Positions 30,485 through 40,400 of a stretch of DNA of 64,000 nucleotides are shown in pieces (positions within the stretch are counted from its first letter, which is position 1; each line of letters begins with the position of its first letter). Origin of the DNA: a virus (taxonomy: Duplodnaviria; Caudoviricetes); IMG/VR virus record IMGVR_UViG_3300028549_001530, positions 1 to 64,000 of that record. One strand, 5' to 3'. A program made the position numbers and the translations under genes. A model generated the notes under the pieces. The model ran no database searches. It saw only the letters and a list, made by a program, of their open reading frames with translations, and was not told where the DNA came from.

Positions 30485-31147
30485 GTGAAAAAAAGTAAAG
30501 ATCTAGTAAAACTCTCTAATGTAACATCATTAGGAAAATATTTATATTGCTACTCTGATAAGTTTAATATATATTTATTTTTTAGTGATTTTACAGATCA
30601 CGTTATATACAAAGTAACGTGTGATAAGTATTTCTGTGTAACAGAAGTAGATGAAATAACACTACCATTTGAGTACAATAAAAACTTAGATATTAGATTT
30701 TTTAAACCTATAGAAAGTACAGATGGTGTGTATAAGTATGTTGGTATAGTCGACATAAATAATACTACTAGTAAGTTTGAAATTGATAATAGTAATAATC
30801 TCAAACTGTCTACCACTACAGTTAAAAATAATAGAAAACTTTTTACAATTATAAGTTGTTTAGATGATATAGAAGTGGATACTTACATACAAAGTAAAAA
30901 TAAAATATATATTATTGGGTTTGATACAATAAATAAAGTAAATGCCTATGGTGTGGTTGATATAGAGAGTAATAAATTCTTGGTTTACTATCTATTATAT
31001 AGTGATCTAGGTGACGTTGAACCTATAAGTATAAATCTTGATAGTTCTGAAGAAAAGGTTTATATTGTTGGGTCAATTAATAAGTACGATGATAAAGATA
31101 ATTTAACTGAAACAATACCATACTTAGAAGCATTCATGTTGGTTTGA
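30485..31147 (+). CDS. Hypothetical protein
   Basis: GTG start at 30485 with AAGGAG RBS. Confidence 0.6.
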   Translation: MKKSKDLVKLSNVTSLGKYLYCYSDKFNIYLFFSDFTDHVIYKVTCDKYFCVTEVDEITLPFEYNKNLDIRFFKPIESTDGVYKYVGIVDINNTTSKFEIDNSNNLKLSTTTVKNNRKLFTIISCLDDIEVDTYIQSKNKIYIIGFDTINKVNAYGVVDIESNKFLVYYLLYSDLGDVEPISINLDSSEEKVYIVGSINKYDDKDNLTETIPYLEAFMLV

Positions 31148-31203
31148 AACAAACACCTAGAAAAAAGTCTAGGTGTTTGTTAGTTTTGGAATTAATTTCA
31201 AAC

Positions 31204-31222
31204 ACATATATATTTGTTGTAA
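31204..31222 (+). promoter_or_regulatory. Phage early-type promoter motif upstream of the IsrB omegaRNA
   Basis: ACATATATATTTGTTGTAA. Confidence 0.75.
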
Positions 31223-31250
31223 GTAGTTTTAGTAGTACTTTCCCCAGCTA

Positions 31251-31462
31251 CTAAAACTTTCGTTTGGGGTGTCAACTACCTTGGACTGAAATCCAAGGCT
31301 TGGAGAGGGTTACCACATAACCCAACCTGGGACTAAACAGTTGTACTAGCCAAACTCTTAAATGAGTAACTAAGTCACCTTGCCGTGGAAGGCAGCAACA
31401 CGTTACGGATGCTCCCCTAGTCTGTATCCTCTGTGGTGGTTAGTGGCGAAGGGGTCCTCACT
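31251..31462 (+). ncRNA. IsrB omegaRNA (HEARO-like) with 5' guide
   Basis: Scaffold starts GTCAACTACC-hairpin(CCTTGGACTGAAATCCAAGG)-CTTG at 31271 and continues GTTGTACTAGCC, CACGTT, GGATGCTCCCCTAGTCTG and TGGCGAAGGG, hallmarks of IscB/IsrB omegaRNAs; guide is the ~20 nt upstream. Confidence 0.85.
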
Positions 31463-31494
31463 TGTGTCAAACGAAGTTCCGTAAGGTAACCAAT

Positions 31495-32622
31495 ATGCAT
31501 CCTGAATCAACTCAACCCTGGGTACCTGTAGTTTCCTCTATAGGTATCCCTCTCATGCCTTGCCACCCGGCAAGAGCTCGTAAACTCATAGCAGCTGGTA
31601 GAGCTATCCCTCGTTATAAGAAAGGTCTATTCTACATTAAGTTACTAGATCGTGAAACTGGAGATACTCAACCCATCGCGCTTGGCATCGACCCAGGTAG
31701 TAAGATGGAAGGCTACACAGTTAAAAGTGAAGCTCACACCTATGTCAATATTCAGAGTCACGCAAGGGATGGTAACGCTATTAAAAAGACAATGGAAGCT
31801 CGACACAATACTCGACACACTAGACGTAATAAAAACACTCCTTGTAGAGCTTTTAGACCTAATAGAGCACGTTCAGCTAACTGGGTTCCACCTTCTACTA
31901 AAGCCAGGTGGCAACTCAAGTACAATATCTTCAACTGGCTATGTCAACTGTACCCTATCACATGTGTAATCATAGAGGATGTTAAAGCCAGAACCAAAGC
32001 CGGTGACTACAGGTGGAACAACAACTTCTCACCTATACAAGCTGGCAAAAACTGGCTCTACTCTAGGTTACGTGCTACAGGTGTAGAGCTAAGACTGGTA
32101 GAAGGTATGGATACTTACAACCTTCGTCAGTCCTTAGGGCTTCAGAAGTCTAAGAACAAATTGGCTACTATCTTTTCAGCACACTGTGTAGATAGCTGGG
32201 TGCTAGCTAATAGTTACGTTGGTGGTCATATCTCACCAGAGTTAATAGAAGTCTTAGTCCTTAAACCACTTTCTATCTGTAAAAGACAACTTCATAGATT
32301 CAATCCTTCTAAAGGTGGTAATAGACAAAGATACGGTGGATCTATGTCTACAGGTGTTAAAAAAGGAACATTAGCTATCCACCCTAAACATGGTAAATGT
32401 TATACAGGTGGATACCATAGTAAGACTGGTTTAACACTTCATACTCTTATAAGTGGTCAACGTTTATGTAGAAATGCTAAAGTATCTGATTTACAACTTG
32501 TAGCCTACTCCCCGTGGGTGTTACTAGTACCATCAACTCTCTCTAACCATAAGGAACAACGTGCACAACGACGCAATTATTACAGATTTCATCAGAGTCT
32601 ATCACTAACTAAATTTATATAG
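31495..32622 (+). CDS. isrB: IsrB RNA-guided nickase (IscB family lacking HNH)
   Basis: PLMP motif, RuvC-I GIDPG, Arg-rich bridge helix, RuvC-II IIEDV, RuvC-III HCVDS; no HNH insert; ~375 aa. Confidence 0.88.
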   Translation: MHPESTQPWVPVVSSIGIPLMPCHPARARKLIAAGRAIPRYKKGLFYIKLLDRETGDTQPIALGIDPGSKMEGYTVKSEAHTYVNIQSHARDGNAIKKTMEARHNTRHTRRNKNTPCRAFRPNRARSANWVPPSTKARWQLKYNIFNWLCQLYPITCVIIEDVKARTKAGDYRWNNNFSPIQAGKNWLYSRLRATGVELRLVEGMDTYNLRQSLGLQKSKNKLATIFSAHCVDSWVLANSYVGGHISPELIEVLVLKPLSICKRQLHRFNPSKGGNRQRYGGSMSTGVKKGTLAIHPKHGKCYTGGYHSKTGLTLHTLISGQRLCRNAKVSDLQLVAYSPWVLLVPSTLSNHKEQRAQRRNYYRFHQSLSLTKFI

Positions 32623-32659
32623 AAGTTTTAGTTTATATCGTAACAAAAGGAGTATTTTC

Positions 32660-33184
32660 ATGAATTTTAAAGAAATGGTTAACTTGTATTCAGAAGAAGG
32701 AACTGAGCACTTTCAGCTTTCTCCTTTGAGCTCTAGCATTGTTGGTAAGTTTCTATCTCCGGAATGGAGATATAAATTTTTCATACCTCAAATTGGTAAT
32801 TTCAATTCGGCTATCGGGTTCTGTAACTGGATTGCTGGAGCTGGTGAGGAGGCTAGGTATAATGACCGAGTTAAAGGTCACATCACCATTCCTTACAAGA
32901 TGCTTTTAACTGTGGGTAAATACCACCAGTTAAAAGCAATGGTGAATGAACTTAGAAAGTTTCCAGAAGACTGGGATAGTCTTCCGCTGGTTCGTTATAG
33001 GGTTCACCAAAACGGTGTCAAGGAGCTTACACCTGACAATGATTGGTATCCTCGTAATGTCCACATGCTGGCTCTGTGGGTGAGAGCTGAAATGGACCCA
33101 GAGTGGGATACATTTGACGCTAACACTAATCCATACGAAGTTATTGATAACCTTGTGAATGTTAACATTTTACGTAAAGGTTAG
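32660..33184 (+). CDS. Hypothetical protein
   Basis: AAGGAG RBS, 174 aa. Confidence 0.7.
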   Translation: MNFKEMVNLYSEEGTEHFQLSPLSSSIVGKFLSPEWRYKFFIPQIGNFNSAIGFCNWIAGAGEEARYNDRVKGHITIPYKMLLTVGKYHQLKAMVNELRKFPEDWDSLPLVRYRVHQNGVKELTPDNDWYPRNVHMLALWVRAEMDPEWDTFDANTNPYEVIDNLVNVNILRKG

Positions 33185-33185
33185 T

Positions 33186-33220
33186 GAAGGCCACGGTCTT
33201 CAGGCCGGGAAGGATGTCAA
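33186..33220 (+). mobile_element. Solitary IS200/IS605 right-end remnant
   Basis: cttcaggccgggaaggatgtcaa matches the TnpB right end at 22 of 23 positions. Confidence 0.8.
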
Positions 33221-33297
33221 GTAAGTCGGTTTAAACACAACAAGAAAGACACTAACTAACCACTAGTGTCTTTCTTTTTTCTTTAAAAGAGAAACTC

Positions 33298-33660
33298 ATG
33301 GTAAAACACGGCGATCCGCCTTATCTAGAGTGTAGCTCAAAAGGTGACAAACGTTTTAGTGCATTTTGTGCTAGGATTAAAGCGAAAGACAATAAGTCTA
33401 TAGAAGAACTCTACCAAGCTTTCAAGATCTTTGAAGATGGTAGCACTAACTTGTCTTGGAAGCAAGCTAAAGGTAAAACCCCAGTTAATATCTCAGATTG
33501 TATTGTTTTCTACAATAGACTTTGGTTAGAATATCTAGAAGAAAATCCTCAGCTCAAAGATGTTGTTAAACAAGCCAAAGGACTCTCAGATATCTTTGGA
33601 CAAAAAGGTAGACAATGTCAAGCAACAAGTCTTTGGAACATAAGGAGTACACTTTTTTAA
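33298..33660 (+). CDS. Conserved phage hypothetical protein (LECSSKGDKRFSAF family)
   Basis: Recognisable N-terminal motif; function not established from the sequence. Confidence 0.55.
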   Translation: MVKHGDPPYLECSSKGDKRFSAFCARIKAKDNKSIEELYQAFKIFEDGSTNLSWKQAKGKTPVNISDCIVFYNRLWLEYLEENPQLKDVVKQAKGLSDIFGQKGRQCQATSLWNIRSTLF

Positions 33661-33724
33661 TTGGATTGTCATTATGTGGATTTTCACAACATAGTTTTTA
33701 GTCTAATCAATTTAGGAGTTTAGT

Positions 33725-34633
33725 ATGAAAGAGGCACTTTGTATTCGTTCTTTGAAAGAGTTGAGTGAGTTAGTTAGTGGTGAACGTGAAACCATTGACT
33801 CACAAATGGTCGACCGCGCTGTTTGTGAGATTGTGGAAAATGGTTATCTACAAGTTATTCCTTACGTTGTTTTCTACACTACAGATATTTCTGAAGGTAA
33901 AGTTCGTTTTGTACAATACCTTCGAGCTGCCACAGGTGGTGAAGACCGTCTACTGTCTAAAACTAGTATTGGGTTTGGTGGTCACATCGATGCATCAGAT
34001 GAACTCAAATTTGGTAGCTCAACTGACATAGATGGTGTTGTTACTTACTCTATGAGTTTGAACGATATTGTGGAAACAACTATCGGTTGCGGTGTTCGTG
34101 AAATTATAGAAGAGCTTGGTTCTAATTTATTTGAAACTTTAGGTATTAAGGTTATTGCGCAAAACACTGCTTTCTTTATGGGTAACCCTGAAGAAGAAGT
34201 TAATAAAGTTCATCTTGGTTTATTGATTCCAGTTAAACTAACACAAGAACAACTAAACATATTAATTAAAGAGGTTGTTATCAATAAGGATGAAATTTCT
34301 TCTATTGATGTATTAGGTATCAATATTAACACAATTATTGAAGAAATGGATGTAACAATTACTTTAAACAAAATTGAAAATGAACTAAGTTATAAACTTA
34401 ATCTTGAAGACTGGAGCTGCAAAGCTATGAGTTTTATTGTTAAGAAAGAAATCAACTCTTTAATGAAGAATGTCAGTTATACTGATATCGTTAGTCTCAT
34501 TCATATGAAAGAAGAAGAAGAAAAGATTAGTGATGTAGTGTACTCAGTAGATCCTGAAACTAAAGCGGTCACTAAAGTTCAAGAACAGTCTGAGGCTGAA
34601 GACTTAGAAGAACAATGTGTAGCTCCGGTTTAA
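33725..34633 (+). CDS. NUDIX/MutT-like phosphoesterase (COG4112-like)
   Basis: QVIPYV, GGEDRL, SIGFGGHI, RE..EE and VHLG motifs. Confidence 0.75.
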   Translation: MKEALCIRSLKELSELVSGERETIDSQMVDRAVCEIVENGYLQVIPYVVFYTTDISEGKVRFVQYLRAATGGEDRLLSKTSIGFGGHIDASDELKFGSSTDIDGVVTYSMSLNDIVETTIGCGVREIIEELGSNLFETLGIKVIAQNTAFFMGNPEEEVNKVHLGLLIPVKLTQEQLNILIKEVVINKDEISSIDVLGININTIIEEMDVTITLNKIENELSYKLNLEDWSCKAMSFIVKKEINSLMKNVSYTDIVSLIHMKEEEEKISDVVYSVDPETKAVTKVQEQSEAEDLEEQCVAPV

Positions 34634-34771
34634 AAATAAATAAATAAACCCTCTCTGGACTAAAATCCAGAGAGGGTTTAAAACGTCTTTTAAGCCATTC
34701 TTTTCTTTTTGTGTGTAAGTTTGTTGCCTGCTATTTTTAAAAGGTACCTAGAGCATTTTAAGAGCTTTTGG

Positions 34772-36931
34772 CTACCTATTTGTGACGTCCTGGATAGCTG
34801 CTTGATTGTTACCTAATATATTTTGTAGTAGTCCGCTAAACGGAACTTTATTAACAGTAAAAGCAGCAAACGCAGCTGGGTCTGGATTAGCAATTGCTTT
34901 TAATGCCATATATCTTTCTGCTAATTTTAATCTCATCATAGGAACTCTATAAATCATTGTATACACATCAACAGCCATAACACTGTTTAAATAAGAAATA
35001 AAAGGTGTATCTGCAAATTTTGGACTTATTTGTGCAGCTATATTGGAAATAATACCGCTGCTTGCTATATCCACAGAAATAACTTCATCCATATTAGCTA
35101 TAGATAAATCTATATCAATAGCGTTAGGATGACCACTCTTACTAAAACCTAGATTAGAAGTACCTCTTGTAATAGAGACAGTCTCTATCATACCTAGTTG
35201 AATATTAGATCTACCTCTATCAAACAACTGACACATAAAAGGAGATGTGTAAGAAGAATTACCTGTTGACCTAGGTAAACTTCCAGCTAATATCATAGAT
35301 AAAGGTAAATAGATATTAAAAAGTTGCGAATAAGCATTACCATATGGAGATATTAACTTTATTTTATAACTAGATCTTGGCAGTGACGCTGAGCTAGATT
35401 CCCATATTTTTGGCATAGATACATTAACACCATAAGCTAAAGCTAATAACGGATTAGCTAAACCAAAAGTAGATTTACTTAAGATAGTCGCTCCTGTGTC
35501 TGCAGCTAACTTTAAAGCATCCCCGATAACAGGAATACTTGCAACTGATTCAAGCATATTACCTATGTTTCTGGACTTAGCACTTAACGAATTAAAGGTA
35601 GATTCAATAGGATTGCTTCCAGATGAACTAGAAAAAGATTCCCCCACAGACCCAGTTGAGTCAACATTAAAAACAGCAAAAGCAGCACCTTCTGATAGTT
35701 CTGCTAATAAGTATTCTTTATACTTATCAAAAGTTGGTTTCTTTTTCTTAGCGTTGTCTTCTAAAAATTGATCTACTTTAATATCAGATGTTGGGTCTAG
35801 TGTAAGTATTTCACCATTCTCATCAGTATATAAAGGATCATAAGCAACTACAGATTTTTGTGTTCCTTCTTTGCTATCTAAATTCTTCTGCTCGGTCTTA
35901 TCATCCTTAATTAATAAATTGTAAGCTTTATCAAATAAGTTTTTTGTAAAAAAACTAGCTCTACCTTCCCTATTAGTAAAATAAGTATCATGTACACCAG
36001 CTTCATTTATAGGATAACCTGAAAAGTCTTTATTAGTCATTTCATCAGAGACTTTAGCATTAGCGTTTTTATCGTAGTCAGCTTTTTGCATTTTATTAAA
36101 AGCAGATTGTGATTTTAATGCTAAAGCAAACACACTTATTCTACCAGTTTTTGCGTCTATAACATCTGGTAATAATGTGTTAAGTTCTGATATATAAGTA
36201 GATGTAGGTTTTTGTGTCTCACCTATTTTGTTATCTAGTTTAAAAGTAAAGTCTTGAAATACACCTGGAAGCATTGTTCTTCTTGCTACCATGTTGTTTA
36301 ACATGTTCTCTACAGTTGACCAGTAGATATACATAGTAGGTTTAACAGAATAGAAACGACTACTCTCACTTAAAGCTGTTGCTACAAACATACCTAAAGC
36401 TAATAATTGAGCAGCAGCAACAGCAAAAAAGGTAGAAATAACTCCAACAGCTTCTAAGAATGTTGTTGTTATAACACCTCTATTTTGTAATATAGTCTTA
36501 TCGATGTCAAAAGACTTTGTTATCCATAAAAGTAAAGGCATAAACTTAGGTACACCAAACCTTAAATAGATTCTTTGTTCATTGTCGTCTATAGCTTCAG
36601 AGTAGTATCTACCCATACCTAGACCATTAGGATCACCTTTTCCACTCAAACTTACATCAGGTCTACCAGGGAGTTTACCCTTACTTCTTATATCAGCATA
36701 CCTCGTAAACTGTGGTTTAGGGTTTACAGCTATATTCATACCTGGTGTTGTAGATGTAAACTTATAGTCAGCTGAAGAATGATACCTATTCTTTCTAATC
36801 CATTTTTTATACTCTGTACCTTGTACAATATCTTTATCAGCTATAATGAAAGTAGATTTAACCCATTCTCTATCATAAACACCATCAGTAGCATTCCTTG
36901 TTTGATCTGTTTTAACTGATACATCCACCAT
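34772..36931 (-). CDS. phiKZ-like virion structural protein (putative)
   Basis: RYYSEAIDDN, FTSTTPG and LPRSTG..SYTSPF motifs; start adjusted to the RBS-supported ATG 36931. Confidence 0.55.
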   Translation of the reverse strand: MVDVSVKTDQTRNATDGVYDREWVKSTFIIADKDIVQGTEYKKWIRKNRYHSSADYKFTSTTPGMNIAVNPKPQFTRYADIRSKGKLPGRPDVSLSGKGDPNGLGMGRYYSEAIDDNEQRIYLRFGVPKFMPLLLWITKSFDIDKTILQNRGVITTTFLEAVGVISTFFAVAAAQLLALGMFVATALSESSRFYSVKPTMYIYWSTVENMLNNMVARRTMLPGVFQDFTFKLDNKIGETQKPTSTYISELNTLLPDVIDAKTGRISVFALALKSQSAFNKMQKADYDKNANAKVSDEMTNKDFSGYPINEAGVHDTYFTNREGRASFFTKNLFDKAYNLLIKDDKTEQKNLDSKEGTQKSVVAYDPLYTDENGEILTLDPTSDIKVDQFLEDNAKKKKPTFDKYKEYLLAELSEGAAFAVFNVDSTGSVGESFSSSSGSNPIESTFNSLSAKSRNIGNMLESVASIPVIGDALKLAADTGATILSKSTFGLANPLLALAYGVNVSMPKIWESSSASLPRSSYKIKLISPYGNAYSQLFNIYLPLSMILAGSLPRSTGNSSYTSPFMCQLFDRGRSNIQLGMIETVSITRGTSNLGFSKSGHPNAIDIDLSIANMDEVISVDIASSGIISNIAAQISPKFADTPFISYLNSVMAVDVYTMIYRVPMMRLKLAERYMALKAIANPDPAAFAAFTVNKVPFSGLLQNILGNNQAAIQDVTNR

Positions 36932-37419
36932 AATCTTTCCTTTTAACTTTAACCTGTTTCTAAAAACACTCAAAGCATCTACACTTGAATGAAAAAGCAT
37001 TCAAGTGTAGAGTAGGCTTTCTGTATACTTTCTTTCACATTCCACTAAATATCTCAATCTCGTTTTTCTCACCACTATTAACTTTTTTACTATTATATAT
37101 CTTTTGGAAAAACTGCCAATTTTTCCCCAGGCAATCCCTCTATCCCTATATTAACCTAAACCATAACACCACTACTAAAAAGAAAAAGAAACAAACACAA
37201 CCTAAAGAAAAGAAAACAATACATTAAACAAGTAAGAACACAACCACCATAAGCCCTGGTGGGGGATAGATAGATAGATAGTTCACAAGATTAATGTATA
37301 TTAAAAAAGTTAATAAAACAAATCCAATAACCTACAGCTAATAGTAGGTTATTGGATTTTAATTTTTAGGCAAATGTTTTGCGAGTAAATAGTAACTTTT
37401 AAATAGGACACTTTAAAGC

Positions 37420-40400
37420 ATGGAACCACAAGGCATTACAACAGACGTACTTTTAGAAAAATATGCTAAAGGTAATGAACAAACAGAAGATGAGATTTTT
37501 AAGCGAGTCGCTAAAGGTATTGCTCAAGCTGAGAGTGACGTTTACAAAGAGTATGAATTTCTATTAGATGATGTTATTGTTAGAAAGAATGTATCAAATA
37601 AAGATTATTGGGAAAGTAAGTTTTACGAGAATATGAAAGCTGGTGCTGTTGGCGCTGGTCGTATCATGTCAGCAGCTGGCACAAATGTTGATGCTACACT
37701 TATCAACTGTTTTACTCAACCTGTAGGTGACTCCATCACCTTTGATGATAAAGATGGACATATTAGTATTTATGGTGCTTTGGCTGAGTCAGCTGAAACT
37801 CTACGTAGGGGTGGGGGTGTCGGTTATGACTTCTCTTACATTAGACCTAAAGGTGCTAAGGTAGGTAAAGTGGGAGCTATGGCTTCAGGACCTTGTAGCT
37901 ACATGAATATCTTTAATGCCAGTTGTGAAACTATTGAATCAGCTGGTTGTTTTACAGGTGATACTCTTATCAACACGACAGATGGTCTCTTAAGAATTAA
38001 AGACATAGTTGAATCCGATAAAGACTATCAAGCCATTACACATCTTGGTCCTAAGAAAATTACAGCTAAGTTTAATAATGGTTTTAAAACTATATGGAAA
38101 ATAGTTACTAAATATGGGTTTAGTGTTAAAGTTACACCTAATCACAAGTTTGCACAATTTGAAAATGGTAAAATAGTAACAAAAGAACTTTGTGAGATAA
38201 TTAAAACAGACAATAATTCACTACTAATTTCTGTACCTTTAAATGAAAAATTAGTACCTAAGCAAACAGAAGAAGAAATGTTTGCTTATGTAATCGGAGC
38301 TTTTCATGGTAATGGTAGTTGGATAAAAAATGAAAAAGGTTTAATTAAAGGTATTACAATTAGTAATAACGTAACTAAATTCAACATAGTAGAAGATATA
38401 GCTTTTAAAATGGCAGGGCTTGGGTTTAAAGGGACTCTGACTAAAGTGCCTAATGAAAATACAATAACACTTGATTGGTATGATTCAGATTTTTTTAGAA
38501 AATTAGAAACATATGGTGTAACTAAAGGAGATATGTCTATTCCTTTTTTTATTTTGGAAGGTTCTAAAGAAATAAGAGCAGCTTATTTAGCTGGTTTATT
38601 TGATGCAGATGGTTATTTTTCTGAGGGTAAAAGTAATATTAGGTTACGTTTAATTACGTATAAATTGTTACAAGAAGTACAAACAATGTTGACAAGTCTT
38701 GGGGTCATGACTAAATTGTTTTTAGAAAGAGAAACTATAAACAATTGGCAAACATTATATGCACTCAATATCTATGGAAAATATGCTCAAGATGCATTTT
38801 TAAGAACTGTTGGTATGTTTACCACACAAACTCTTTTAAATGTAGCTAGTAAAGATGGTGTAGGTTATTCTCATAAATGGAAAGACATAAAAGAATTTGG
38901 TATTTCTAAATCTACATTCTCTAGATATTGGCCAGGTAACGAACTACGGAATCCAAATATTTCAATGAATGCTATAATTAATTCTGGAGTAACCATTCCT
39001 GAGTTAGTAAACACCGTGTCTGATACTATCTTATATATTAAAGAATTACCAGAAGAAGAGACATACGATCTAGAAGTAGAAGATGTTCATCTTTTAAGTG
39101 GTAATGGTATATATACAAGTAATTCTCGTCGCGGAGCTCAATTGGGTGCTTTGTCTATTACACACCCAGACATTGAAGAATTCATTACAGCTAAACGCAC
39201 ACCCGGTAGGTGGAACAACTTTAATGTGTCTGTTTTTGTCACAGATGAATTCATGCTCGCTAAAGATCAAGACTTAGAGTTGGAACTTACTCATAAAGCT
39301 GAGCCAGGAAAATCTTTAGTTGATCAAGGAGCATATAAACGCTCTGATGGTTTATGGGTCTATAAAAGAGTAAAAGCTAAGTATCTCTGGGATATCATCA
39401 TGAAGTCAACTTATGACTTTGCTGAGCCTGGTATTTTATTTGCTGACAATATTAACAACGATAACAACCTTAGGTATTGTGAATATATTAGGACAACCAA
39501 TCCGTAAAATCCATGCGGCTATATTGAACAATCAATATAGAAAATCTAATCTGATTGACTTGGAAATCCTGAAGAGGATGACAGGGCGGAACTTTTAACT
39601 AAGACCGTGAACGACTAAGTGATTAGACATCCTGTAATAAGGATGGTGCGATAGTCTGAACTCTTGTATAACAAAAGAAGCAAGAGAGGAGATATGAAGA
39701 GATCTCCCGCCATTAAATATTTAATGGTCATAAAAGTAACAGATTTGGTGGTGAGCAGCCTTTACCTGATTACGGGTGCTGTGATTTAGGTCCTATTATT
39801 TTACCTAAGTATGTAACAAATCCTTTTAAGAGTAACGCACAATTTCAATTTGATAAATTTAAAGAGTCAGTCAGTACTCATGTTAGATTTTTAGATAATG
39901 TGTTAGATGTAACTCTATGGCCTTTAGAGAAACAAAGACAAGAGTCTGCTAGTAAAAGACGCATTGGTGTGGGTTTTACTGGTTTAGCTAATATGTTGTC
40001 TATGATGGGTTACGCTTACAACACACAAGAAGCTTTGTTGTTTACAGAAGCTCTTATGAGAACTATGAGAGATACCGCTTACAGGGCTTCTGTTGAATTA
40101 GCTAAAGAAAAAGGACCTTTTCCTTTACTTGATGTTGATAAGTATTTAGAAGAAGGAACTTTTGCATCAAGACTACCTGAAGATATTAAAGCAGATATCC
40201 GAACCTATGGTATTCGTAACTCTCATATTCTCTCAATAGCCCCAGTAGGTTGCGTCACACCAGACACTTTGGTAATTACAGAAAATGGTTTACATGAAAT
40301 ATCTGAAATGGGAAAGAATAATAAAGATCAGTGGCAAGATATAAACATCCAGGTCATGACGGACGAAGGTTTTAAAACCTCTGATAAGTTTTTTAACAAC

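Noticed and set aside
31271-33220. Composite transposon with IsrB carrying the 174-aa gene as cargo
   Set aside because: The two ends are both right-end types on opposite strands facing outward, which is not a valid TnpA substrate.
39413-39598. 61-aa ORF overlapping the nrdJ intron
   Set aside because: Out-of-frame shadow with no endonuclease motif.
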